Below are positions 51,750 through 63,683 of a stretch of DNA of 64,000 bases, piece after piece. The notes under the pieces are model-generated. The model was not told where the DNA came from, searched no databases, and saw nothing but the letters and a program-made list of their open reading frames with translations. The translations under genes and the position numbers were made by a program. The stretch spans positions 1 to 64,000 of the forward strand of contig BCKZ01000041.1 in assembly GCA_001600815.1 (NCBI GenBank), given 5' to 3'. Within the stretch, counting starts at the first letter, position 1; the number at the start of each line of letters is the position of its first letter. This stretch comes from Alloascoidea hylecoeti. Its lineage: Eukaryota.

Positions 51750-53297
51750 CTTGTTTTGTGGATAATAAAAGGAATAAAAGGAATTGTAAAAGATGTGTAT
51801 AGCAATTTAATTATGAAGATTGTTACTAAGTGTATCAATCTATGTTTAATCCTAGTATTGTTGTGGTATATATAGTTGCAACCCGGTGAGGAGAATGAGG
51901 ATGGAAAAACGTTTAGAAAACAATTGAAATTGAAAATATAATAACAACTATAAAGAACAAAATGCAACACAAAAAGTAAGCGCTGATACATTTATAGGAT
52001 CAACATACGTGCACTAAATTTGGGCCGGTTGAAAAGCAAACTAATTTAAGCAGTGAATCATAGTTAGAAGAAGTCCCAAACAAATATAAAAGGTAGTTAA
52101 AAAATAGACATCGACGACAGTATGACATATTTTTTAGATTCGTATGGTTCGTTTTGAGCTCTGTGTGGTTAATTTGTGTGTTAAACATAAGCCATTATCA
52201 CAATATTTGAAATGAAGTTAAAAAATTAAGCTCATGTATCATTATATGAGGTGCTTAGTACTGTCATTTTAAGAGAACTTTCATCATTTCTTGTCACTTT
52301 CATTTTAAAAAGATTCCTAAAAAGAGTTGAAATGATGGAAGTCGTGTTCAGTTAAGTAATTGGATATTTTGGGAATCAGGTTCAATTTAATGTATACTTA
52401 TTCCAACAAGTTAATTTTCACCTAATATTTATAAAATATTACTTATGAACAAGAGTAACCACTGGTAAATAAAACATCAATCAATTGTGAATAACAAGAC
52501 TTTCGATATATCTAAAAACCAAAATGGAAAGGGTACACATACAAATATATTATGTTTTCATTATAACTTAAACTACTCTTATCCAAAATTATTTCGGTTC
52601 GGATTTGGGTTGTTGATACAAAATTAAATTTCGCTTTCTTAGCTGAGTTTCGGATCTGGTTTCTGACAACTTCGTATCATCATCATGTAATCATAATAAT
52701 ATTTTTTTTTTATAAAAAGAAGATGCCTGTCATACTGAGCTTTGTCCATCCATAGCAGCAGAGTGATTATATCGCTCGTAATACATTTATCACCATTTAT
52801 TTATAGCTGCTCTACGAATCAAGTTCAGTAGTTGAGATAAATAAGATATAAATGTCTTTAGTACATCTGGTCTAATTCTTCTTATTACAATATAATACAA
52901 TAGCGCTCAATATATTTACAGCTGATTTACGAATCATATATATCGGTCTTTACAGAAAATTAATGTTGGTGTATCTAATTCGGTAGTAGAGGTAAAAAAC
53001 CTACACGTTGGAGAATAAAGATTTAAATCGATAGCTTGAAATTTTATATTATCTTAACTAGGTAAATAATTAACTGCTTCAAAACGATTTCAATCTAACA
53101 AATTTCTTTTCCCTTTAATGTGTAAAATTTTGTTTGTTAGCTATTGATTGAATACTTGACGATAATAATCATAGTGAGAGGCTTACACTTTTCTTTTTAT
53201 GTTTTATTAGGAAGATATAATTTTGTTTTTGAAATGAGAGTGAGTATATAAATTCTTATATTTTCATGGTCATATTAACTTATTTATGATTATTTTA

Positions 53298-53909
53298 TTA
53301 CATATTTGAACGGTCAAACCACATCATATCCCTCATATGACTATTTAAATCTTCTAGTTCTTGGGGTACTGGTGATTGACTTGTTCTTTTCGGGGGCTCA
53401 TTAATGTTTGGTGACTGAATTGTGGGCGCTTCTTGCGTATAATCAACCTCATTAGTATTAGCTGCAAAGGGATTGCTAGTGAAGATTGGAGTAATAAAAT
53501 CATTAGCCTTATAATATTTAGAAATATTGGGATGTCTGGGTCTTAGATCCCTAAAACCCCTATTATCTTCATTGAATTGGACTACTTGTGAACAAAGATC
53601 CGACCATTCTAAAAATGTTAATAATGGAGACCAGGTGAGATGTACACCTGACTCAGTTTCATATTTGTAGGTTTGAACATATCTCAATGAGCATAGCCTC
53701 TCGGCTTCTTCTTTGTAGGTGATTTCATCAGCAAGTTTTTCTCTGTAGTTATTTCTATTTTCTACAACTAAATCGTACACTTCTTGCTTGCTGTATTGTG
53801 GCAAGTTCTCTATTTCAATTCTATTTTTGTAGTACCACCAGTTCCATTCTTCTACAGGATGCAGATCTTTGTTATAATTTGGAGTTGATGAAATTACCAC
53901 TTGGCGCAT
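53298..53909 (-). CDS. Uncharacterised family, copy 7 (subtype C), ~203 aa
   Basis: The ancestral CAAG-ATG has lost its A (CAAGTGGTA), but in-frame ATGs lie at 53909 and 53942. STPNYNKDLHPVEEWNWWY...WSPLLT...RDLRPRHP. Confidence 0.72.
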   Translation of the reverse strand: MRQVVISSTPNYNKDLHPVEEWNWWYYKNRIEIENLPQYSKQEVYDLVVENRNNYREKLADEITYKEEAERLCSLRYVQTYKYETESGVHLTWSPLLTFLEWSDLCSQVVQFNEDNRGFRDLRPRHPNISKYYKANDFITPIFTSNPFAANTNEVDYTQEAPTIQSPNINEPPKRTSQSPVPQELEDLNSHMRDMMWFDRSNM

Positions 53910-55141
53910 GCCTAATAATGCGGAGGAGAAGGGATTTAACATGTGTATAACAATTTAATTATGAAGAATCTTAGTATGAATGTCAAACTTTGTAAATCGC
54001 TTGTATGGCCGTGGTGTGTATTCAGTTGCAGCCTGTCTAGGAGAATGTTGACGAAAATGAGTAGGAAAAAAAATTGAAATTCAAAATAAAATAGCACTTA
54101 TATGGAAAATATTGGAATACAAAAGGTAAACGCTGATAAATTTATAAAATCGGATGAGTACACTAAAAATGGGCTGAGAAACGCAAACAAATTCAAGCGC
54201 TGCATAGCAAACATAAAAATAAAAATAGATTCAATGGGTATCTAAAAAGAAACATAGACTAAAGTGTGTTATATCTGTAGATTTTTATCGATTGATTTTT
54301 GTTTTATGGTGGTTTTTGTTTTCCATCCCCGCAGTACATATTAAAACGTAAGCCATGATATTTAAAATGAGGTTAAAAAACGTAATTAAGTTGATAGATC
54401 ATTCTGTGACCAATTTATCACTGTATATTTGGTTTATTTACTAAAAGGACTTTGCCATTTCATGTCAATTTAACCTTCAAAGTAACCAAAAAGGTTTGAT
54501 AAAAAGGAAATGGTGTTCCGTTAACAAATTTTTTTTTATTTGATGCGACCCTTATGCTATTTCCATTTAAGCTATTATGATTTGAAATTTTGAATGCGGA
54601 AGATGCAGTTACCTCTTTTTACCAATATAACATAACTGAACGCTCCTAAGATAATTCAGATCCTATTATCATTTTTATCCTCTTATTTTCTATTCAATTT
54701 AAGTTCCATAAAAATACCATTGTAGCAGCTTGTCCTATCACCTATCGATTTATAATGGAATAGGAACTTTGTAGCTCAACTTCCTTGTTTCACTACAGAA
54801 CTCTTGTTTTACAGGTTATGTCATTGATTTTATTTCCTTTTGTTACTCACTTAGGATATAAGTAGAAAGATAAACATTGACAGATGGGTCAGCTGTTTGT
54901 GGGTTTCTGGCTACACTCTTTGCACTACCCAATACCTTATATATCGGGGCTGAGACTCTGTCTGAATCTTAACTAGAGTGATTAGTATTTTAACTTTCTA
55001 AACATGTACTTTTATATTAGATGAGAACTATGTAATTAAGCCAAAGCGAACTTTTGTCCATATGAATATATTTCCCCAAATATCCTTAATCGTTAAGATC
55101 AGTGGTATCATTGCTCAATGGGAAGAGTTAATGTCAACTAA

Positions 55142-56341
55142 TTAAGATGTAATTCCTGTATATGGAGCTGGTCTTTTAGCAACTAATAAATTTTGGACAA
55201 CTTCTAAAGCGGAGAGTTCTTCGGGTAATCCCCATTTTCCATCATAATGTCCAAGATTCCAATTAACACCACATGTATGGCCATCTAATCCTCCACTGCA
55301 AGATTTCCCAGCTGCAACTGCCGAAAGGCGTAACCAATTCATAATAGTATCGTACTTATCTGGCATCATAATGGCGGTAATACCCAACATTCTTGCAAAA
55401 ATCGCTTTAAAAGTCATTTGATCATTATTACAACCACGGATTGTAGTCTCACATGCTGCTTCAAACATGACACCATTTTTAAAAAAAACTGTTGAACTTT
55501 TAAGTAAATTACTAGCTCTATCATACCATATTTGATTACCAGTTGCATTATAAAGAACAGCTGCTCCTGCAAACATTAATCCTTGATTATATGTCCATTG
55601 TAGCTTTGTGACATCAGAGCAGGCATCGACATTAAAGCCATCATATACAAACGTCCATTTATTGTCAACAACAGTAATTAAATGAGTATTCTCCATCCAA
55701 TTCCAGATTTTATCACACCATTCATAATAGGTTTGATTAGATGAATATCTTGCTAATCTTGCACTTAAATGAAATAAACCACCATTTGAAACTGCATTTT
55801 TATAGTTATAACCATTATTCGAAGGATAAATCTGCCATCTTAGCCCACCACCGCAAGTTGAAGTATCCCAACGATTTGACATTGTACGAAATACAGATTG
55901 TGCTAATGGGATCCATTGTGGTTTACTAGCCGGAGGATTTGGAAATTTCTTCTCTGCTGCTTGCATACAAGCAATTCCCCAAAATACTTGATCGTCATTA
56001 CCTTCTGAGGTTGAAAAATCAGCAGGCATATAATCCCAATGCTCACCGACCTGAAATAGTAAGGCCTGTGTAGTTATATCAATATAGGTATTATTATCCA
56101 TGTAATACCAATAATCAATCATACTACCCCAAGCGACACCGGCATGCCACCAGTAATAAGGAAAAGAAAATGTACCAATTGATTGGCCAATATTCAAGCC
56201 AGTATAATAATCTAGAGCACCATCAGCAAATAATGAAGCAGCATCATGTATAGAATCAAAATTAGTTGGATCGATATCAACTGATATAACTAGTCCTGTC
56301 AGCAGCAAGGGCCCAAGAATTGATAAGGGAGAAAACTTCAT
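55142..56341 (-). CDS. GH76 alpha-1,6-mannanase/transglycosidase of the Dfg5/Dcw1 family, lacking the usual C-terminal GPI signal
   Basis: Signal peptide, YYWWHAG, catalytic EGNDDQ, CGGGLRWQI, YKNAVSNG, WTYNQG, CSGGLDGHTCG; ends RPAPYTGITS*. Confidence 0.9.
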   Translation of the reverse strand: MKFSPLSILGPLLLTGLVISVDIDPTNFDSIHDAASLFADGALDYYTGLNIGQSIGTFSFPYYWWHAGVAWGSMIDYWYYMDNNTYIDITTQALLFQVGEHWDYMPADFSTSEGNDDQVFWGIACMQAAEKKFPNPPASKPQWIPLAQSVFRTMSNRWDTSTCGGGLRWQIYPSNNGYNYKNAVSNGGLFHLSARLARYSSNQTYYEWCDKIWNWMENTHLITVVDNKWTFVYDGFNVDACSDVTKLQWTYNQGLMFAGAAVLYNATGNQIWYDRASNLLKSSTVFFKNGVMFEAACETTIRGCNNDQMTFKAIFARMLGITAIMMPDKYDTIMNWLRLSAVAAGKSCSGGLDGHTCGVNWNLGHYDGKWGLPEELSALEVVQNLLVAKRPAPYTGITS

Positions 56342-57453
56342 TTTGTTTTTTCTTTTATTATTATTACTGAACAGATTAACTCAGTATTTAAATCTGAAAA
56401 ACAACAGCGAAAGCTGAAACTAAAAATACATTTAAATATAAACAAGCAACCACGCAAATAATAGAGCAATGAGAGCAAAGTTTATAGAATCTCCACCAAA
56501 TGTAGCTTTCTCCGCATCCTTTCTTCCACCGTAACACTAAGTTAAAATATTGCGAAATTTATATTGAAAACTCCAATGGGAAATGAAGTTTCAAATTCCA
56601 ACTTCCTAAAATCAAACCACACGAAATTAGGACAACACGCACCAAAGCTGTTTATTTCAACCCCAGATAGAGAAATATAGTGCAAATGGAACAATCCGAT
56701 TAGATTGTGATAATCTGTATCCTCAAATGAGTGAGATATTATTCAACATCCAGCATATATGTCTGCTCAGAAAGAGGCAAAACCCCAATCCATCGTGATA
56801 AAAAGAAAATATAATCTACCAAAGCCGCTCAACCCTTTGAAGGAAGGAAAGAAACACCAAATAATGTGATGAAGTAATATTAATTATCGAATTCGAAAGG
56901 TGATATGGTTTACAATCCGGGTAAGATATAAAGTAATATAATTAATTATGGCTGTATGGAGTTACCAATATGGACTTCGCTTCGGCTGCATAATATATAT
57001 ATTACTCGAATATACGAAGTACTACTATTTCGTCATTCATAAATAAGCGTCCACTGGATTCATTAATATTAGGCCACTTGATGAATCTACATCGGTCAGT
57101 TGTTGAACTAAATATTCCGTAACATGATGCACTAGTATTCAGATATGCTAAGGAAAATAAGTTAAAATATAGGGCTTATATACTCCAAAGAGGAAAATTT
57201 AAATAAAAATGATATAAAAACATTTTTTACTAGCTGAATTCCTAGTTTGGATTATTTCGTGAAAATCAATCAATAGCCTTATCGAGACTTAAATTGAATT
57301 TTTGCACAACACTTAGACTTACATATACCATTCGAGTGTTTTAACTATGAATAGCTATAATACAGCACTCTAAAACCCATATATTTATCTAAATTATAAT
57401 CAAGTAGTTCGTTTTATATTTTCAATCATACATCATTACTGTGAAGGTAAATA

Positions 57454-57739
57454 TATGGGTGGGCCGAACATTAGTGTATGTGTATTACGTGGCAGAATAT
57501 TTAGTCGAAGGTGTGGCCGAATATTCACTTCATCACTTCGATGATATTGATTCATCAGCTAGGCCGAAGCTTGGTGAATTAATGGACGATTATTCAGTTT
57601 ATTAAGTTGGGAATTAACATCATATGCATGTAAATTATGATGCAATCAATATTTAAAAGTTTTAAGTATTAGGCGGTGAAAATTTATATATATATTGGAA
57701 AGCCGAACCAAAGTCGCGACTCGCGACGTCCAACCCATA
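57454..57739. mobile_element. Putative non-autonomous DNA transposon relic (hAT-like MITE)
   Basis: Imperfect TIRs TATGGGTGGGCCG / TATGGGTTGGACG (11 of 13). Internal GCCGAA repeated four times. The 8-bp flanks GGTAAATA/GCAGAATA match only 5 of 8. Confidence 0.45.
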
Positions 57740-58175
57740 GCAGAATATTAATTAGTTCACCAAGTAGTAGCAACTAAAAAAACTACTGTACCATTTAAAT
57801 ATGATAGTGGGATATGCCTGTTCTTAAGATCCAGTTACTACACTAATTAGTTTATATTGGAGACCATGGTTTCATTTCCCAATTCCTTTCCTGTGATGAT
57901 TGTCTGACACTACAAACACCAAAACAATGATAGACAACTTTAAAAATCTACAAACATATAAATGATATGAAGGATTACCATTTTCGAGCGAACAACGGTG
58001 AAGAAAATTGCATATGAATCATAAGATATTATTAAATTTTACATATTTGGATATCTAAAAAAATCAAGATTCCCTCTCGTATTCAAAAACAAATATGATT
58101 ATTAATTTTAATTGAAACAATTAGAAGTGCTTACCTCTGGTAATTATAGATGATTATATCTGGCAACAAACACAG

Positions 58176-58667
58176 TTAACAGCCATATCCAACAATCATG
58201 ACAATTCCTAGAATGAACAGAGGGGCGAAGTTTTTCATCGATTGTTTTGTGATAATTCCTGAAGCAGCATTTGAAGAGGAATCTACTGATGGAGAAACAG
58301 TAGAAGATTCTACCACACTTGTAGACATTGACATATCTGACATATCCATATTCATTGTGCTAGAGGAAGCTTCAGTAGAGGAAGCCGCACTTGTTCCAGA
58401 TGTGGCACTTGCTGTTCCCATATCCATTCCTGACATATCCATATCCATTGTAGTAGAGGAAGCGGCACTCGTAATTGCTACTGATGTACTACTTGTCGTT
58501 GCCATATCCATTCCGGACATGTCTGACATATCCATACCGCTCATATCCATAGTAGTACTAGAAATAATGGTGGTAGCTGAAGTTGTTGAAGCAGCTACAC
58601 TTGTTGTTCCCATATCCATACCACTCATATCCATATCCATACCACTCATTTCCATATCCATACTCAT
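58176..58667 (-). CDS. Met-rich (MxM/MxxM), Ser/Thr-rich protein with one C-terminal hydrophobic segment; probable copper-binding surface protein
   Basis: 163 aa with four MDMSGMDM-type clusters separated by S/T linkers; tail FAPLFILGIVMIVGYGC; TATAAAAG about 150 bp upstream. Confidence 0.75.
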   Translation of the reverse strand: MSMDMEMSGMDMDMSGMDMGTTSVAASTTSATTIISSTTMDMSGMDMSDMSGMDMATTSSTSVAITSAASSTTMDMDMSGMDMGTASATSGTSAASSTEASSSTMNMDMSDMSMSTSVVESSTVSPSVDSSSNAASGIITKQSMKNFAPLFILGIVMIVGYGC

Positions 58668-58963
58668 TGTGAATTAGTGTCTTAGTACAATTATATAATT
58701 GTGGATCAAAGATTGAAAAGTGAATAATATAAGTATAACCTTTTATTAAACAGAATCCGGAAGTAAAACTGAAGTTATAACTATAAGTTTTTTCTAGAAG
58801 GCTGATCTGTGTCTTTTATATTCCTGAAAACATGACGCTAGTTTCCGCCATAACTTCAACAATTTATTTTTAAAAAGTTAACTAGGATTTTCTTCCTGAA
58901 AGTAAGGCAATAGTGTGATAAAAATATATATTTGATGTTAGAGATATACAAATCGAGCTTTAA

Positions 58964-59011
58964 TTTGCTCACGTATAACACTACTGTTGTAATTATAATA
59001 CAATGAGCAAA
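58964..59011. promoter_or_regulatory. Pair of inverted Mac1-type copper-responsive elements (TTTGCTCA)
   Basis: TTTGCTCA at 58964-58971 and TGAGCAAA at 59004-59011, ~300-345 bp upstream of the Met-rich ORF. Confidence 0.7.
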
Positions 59012-62000
59012 TTTATTGTTTTCCGGACTTTTTCCCTTCCTGCCAAGATCTAAATGAATAAATATATTATAATTTTATCCTGCACAGCCACTTTACCTTG
59101 CACTCCTATATGTCAAACACGACCATATGAGCTATGTGGTGTCGATCACACCCGTAGGTTGGTTAAGAGAGTTCGTGTTGAGCTCGAGGAATTGTATTGT
59201 GGCCTGAAAAGTGCTCAGTGTGAGTTTGGACTTGGAATCTTTTCAAAATGTTTCAAGTTATATTATTTTAAAGTTTATTTTTGGTGTTAGCCAATTCTGT
59301 TTCTTGGGTGCTCGAGTTAGGTCCCGAAAGCTTCTAAGGTCGGGTTCGAGTGCTCGGCGATGTGCGCCTAGGTGGCTGCATACTATTGTGCAAGCCAAAA
59401 AATTTGGCCGATGAGTTTGACCCACTAGTAGCCCACTATGCATAGTATACCATGAAATGGCATAAGTAAGTCAATTGCTGCATCAAATAATAATAGTGAA
59501 CATTGCAGGGCCATTTCAGGTTACTGAAGTTAGTGATAAATTAATAATAAGCTAGCTAAGATTGCTTAATTGTGCATATGGTACTATACATGTATAAACC
59601 AGGCACTTTAATTATTTAGATCGATACATAATTAATGGAAGAAGGTAATAAATAATTAAATCATCCTTCGTACATGTAAAAGAAATTAATGTACATCGCA
59701 AAATTGACTATCAAATTGTCAATCATACATTAATAAAAAAAATATTAAACATATCAGTAGATTATTACTGACTCAGTATATTGGAAAAGTTTATCTAGTT
59801 AGGAACATACACATAGAGGCAAATGAATACTCTATCAATAAACAGTAAAACGTATGACGGTGGTTAAGTAAATTACACTAGTATATGATATTTTTCTCTT
59901 GTGCACCTATTTGAGGAAAATTATTCCAATTTTTGTAGTATCGCTGTTGCTGAAATGGACCCAATAAATTTTTTCATGATCATGATGTTCAGATTTCACA
60001 TCTATGTAGATTCAATTTTTCGGTTTTAACCTTATTCCATAATTAGTCAATTGAAGTCGATTGTAAATCAAATTTGCAGTTCATACCTGCATCACATATA
60101 TAATATACTTTTTTATTTATGTTCTAAGTTTGATTGTAAAGGTTTATAATCTGTCTTAGTTAATTTAGGATCTTTCTCAGCTATATGAAGTATTATCATT
60201 TCTATAAGCTTATCTAACTTATCCTCAAACCATTTCATAATTGATTCCAAACGAATTATTGAATCAAATTTTGGAAGAAGATTATTATGTGTTGTTCGAA
60301 TTGGGTTTCTTGGTTTAATCATTTTACCTTATTTATTGGTTCAGATAACTTGATTCGTTACGTAAGATATAATAAATTTTAGTGAATTTTGATTAAAGTA
60401 ATAAGTAATTCGTGGGAATACTCAGATATTATATACGTATTTTAGATTGAAAGTAAAGAAAATAGATAAAACTTAAAAATAGTTAGTCATTTTAAATGAG
60501 AGATAAATTTTAAGAAAGTGTACAAAATTTTTGATGGAGTTCTGTGTTTAATGTCAAGAAAAAAAAAGATAAAGATTCCGGGAAAGATCCAGAAGTTCCT
60601 GTAAATAAAGAGCCTCTCATCATTCCATCTATAGGACAATAAATATAATATCATGTTAGATTTAACTGTAACCAAAAAATTAGAAAATATCCAACTAATT
60701 ATATCTATAATAATTGTAGATTTAAAACGTTTGAATGAAATTAATATATTATGTTTCTATTCTTTCGATTTACTTCATTAACTTGATCCAAGAATCAATA
60801 GAAGTTGTTCAAAAGTTATTAGTTGCTAAAGGATCAACTCCATATACTGTACGTAAGACTACGCCAGAACGCCAAAAAGTTTTATATTTGGATTAGGAGT
60901 TTCAAAACCAACAATGAATATAAATGATTAAAAATATTATTACTAAAATGTACTTAATCTTATATTCAGACACACCGACACGCATTGTTCTTTGTTTTCT
61001 GTGGAGAATTGTGTTTAATTAATACCTTTCCCTCTCAGAAGTCTGCAGCTGGATTCGACTCTGTATAGTTTTTAAGAGATCTTAGAACATTGTGGTTGTA
61101 CAACCCATGGAGAAAAAGAAGAAGAAAGTAAGTTTGAGATATAAAATTCAACGTGATGCAATATACAGTACAGTTTGATTAACTACGGTTACGGCATTCA
61201 GTAATAGATCAACTTTGTGGTTTTCAAAATTGAATTGGTTATGTCGCATTTGTACAAATCAGGTAACTGCAAAGGGGTACTTGCATATAAAGTGTAGTCA
61301 TGATTTTGAACGAGTTCAGGCTCACGAGCTGAGTCTGAGATGAGACATCGTATTAGTTGGGTCATTGATTATTGAGCTTTCGACTATTGAGACATTATTG
61401 GAAGTCTGTATTTTCTTATCGTACTATACCCAGGTGGTTAACTAGAGCTACTCAGAAGGATCAGTGATGTTTTATGTGAGACGCGTAAATTTTTCCGGTC
61501 CTTCACTTGCTGATTCATGTTAAGAAATATTTATTTCACTTCAATGTTAATCATAAACTGTTGATTTGCCGTATTTACCAACAAATACATTAATTCTTCA
61601 CTGTGATCCTTTTCATTATGATATTTTCCAGCTTCGATATACCATTAGCAGCTGTAAAGTTTCTAGTATAAAATACCAATTTGTATGCAAATACAGACAA
61701 TTCAAACATTCTATTTTGAAATGGTATTGTAAATTATATTGTAGTTGAGGTTCTAAATTATCAAGACTTGATCTCCAAACCCAAAATAATCATACTTCCC
61801 TAGAACAATAAATTTAATAATTTTATCTTGAGAGATTCTTTATAAATAAACCAACACCTGTTTCTCTTGGCATAATAAAATAATCTATTGAGTTAAAATC
61901 TGGCAATTTCTAATTTATATAATACTCATCAACTGAACTAAAACCCAAAGATTTGTCATTATAATTAGTATCCATGTAACTAACCTCACGATCAATTGAC

Positions 62001-63683
62001 TTTTAAGTACTTGAATTTGCATTATGGCCAAGGTGACCCTTTAGCTTGAACAGATTTTTTATATAATCACTACTGTAAATCATTTTTTATTTGCCCAAAG
62101 GATAAGATGTTGAAAAAATTCTCGAGCTCTTTAAAGAAGTAATTTTTAAACCTTTTTCCAACTACTCGATTCCATATCCCCAAGTTCTTGGGTAAAAGTG
62201 CTAAAGCGATGATGAGCGCATACTATACTTTTAAGTTATCTTTGTTTCTAAATTCTGATATTCTGATTGCCATCTACATTAATTTTGATTGATTTTTCGT
62301 TTAATTGTTATTACTTTTAATTTAGATGCCACTCATAACTAATAAAATTTATAAATATTAGGCAAAAATAAATCACTTCAGAGCATTATAAGTTATTTAG
62401 TTAAAGCTTTTCATTTGGGATGGCCAGATTTTCATTAATGGTTTGTTGACTATCAATTATATAAGCTATTAGCTATCGACTTAACCAAAAAAGAAAAATT
62501 GAAAATTGTAAGACGGAAATTAAACTAAAATAATCTTTAATACTAATTTCAATTCATTTTAGAGTATTTGTGTATAAAATATTAGTTACTTCATACAATA
62601 TTCATTTTCTCAAAGGCACTCGAAGATTATCGAATCATCTTTCCTTAGTACTGATTTGGAGATCAGTATAGGAAATAGTAAAATTTCTTTCCTTAAATAA
62701 GAAAAGGATACAGTTCTGTAAGATATCATCGCTTGAATAGAAACATGAACGAGACACTTACTTAAAAGTTGATTTTAATTGTGATCATATTGACAGCTAA
62801 TTGCAAAATTAACAACAAATATTAATTATTAAATATATAATATTCCTAATTTCTATTTAATCTCATATAATTCTGAAAATATACGCTCCATGCTTATTTT
62901 TGTAGTATATTGTTGTCATGGGGAATTATTACGATTTTGTAAATTGGACTCACTTTCTCCAAGCTTCCAACTCACATATCATTTTACTATCTTATAAGAA
63001 TGGGGTGTTATTATTTTCTTTCCCTTTTAAAAATCTCAATTCCGCCTCGAGTAGTGTTTTGGGATCTTCTAGCACTGTGGTGGAAAATTCAGCCAATAAA
63101 ATTTACTGTATATCCCTTGAAGATATTTGTCCAAGTGCATAAATCATCATCAGCTATCTCATACTTTTTCAATTATTCCAACCACACTTAAAATCTCTAT
63201 TTTCTGAGTGGCCGCTTCACACAGCTACTGCCGAATTAAAGAGACCAATAATAATATCTAAAATGGTAATGATACTCAAGCAATTAAAGATGGCCAATTA
63301 ACCACATTAAACAGAAAACAAGCTATAAAAATGTACAAAGATGTCGAACTGTGTTCCATTTATTTTTTAGACTCTCATTAAATTTGTTTTTGCAATTGTG
63401 TTCACCTGGCCCATATTTAGTGTACTCATCCCGAACGTATAAATTTATGAGCGCTTACATTTTGTGTTTAAATTTCTCCTTTATAATTGTTTTCATTTAC
63501 TTTTAATTGTTTTCTACTCATTTTTCCATTCAAATTCTATTCATCAGGTTTGCAACTGTCTATACACCACAACCATACAATCAATTGACATAGCTTAATA
63601 CTCACAATAACCTCCTTCATAATTAAATTGCTGTACACATTTGTTTTAATTCTTACTTTTCCAAGCTAATATCCACAAACAAG

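Noticed and set aside
58198..58677. 159-aa plus-strand ORF
   Set aside because: Antisense shadow of the Met-rich gene, which has the TATA box and copper elements.
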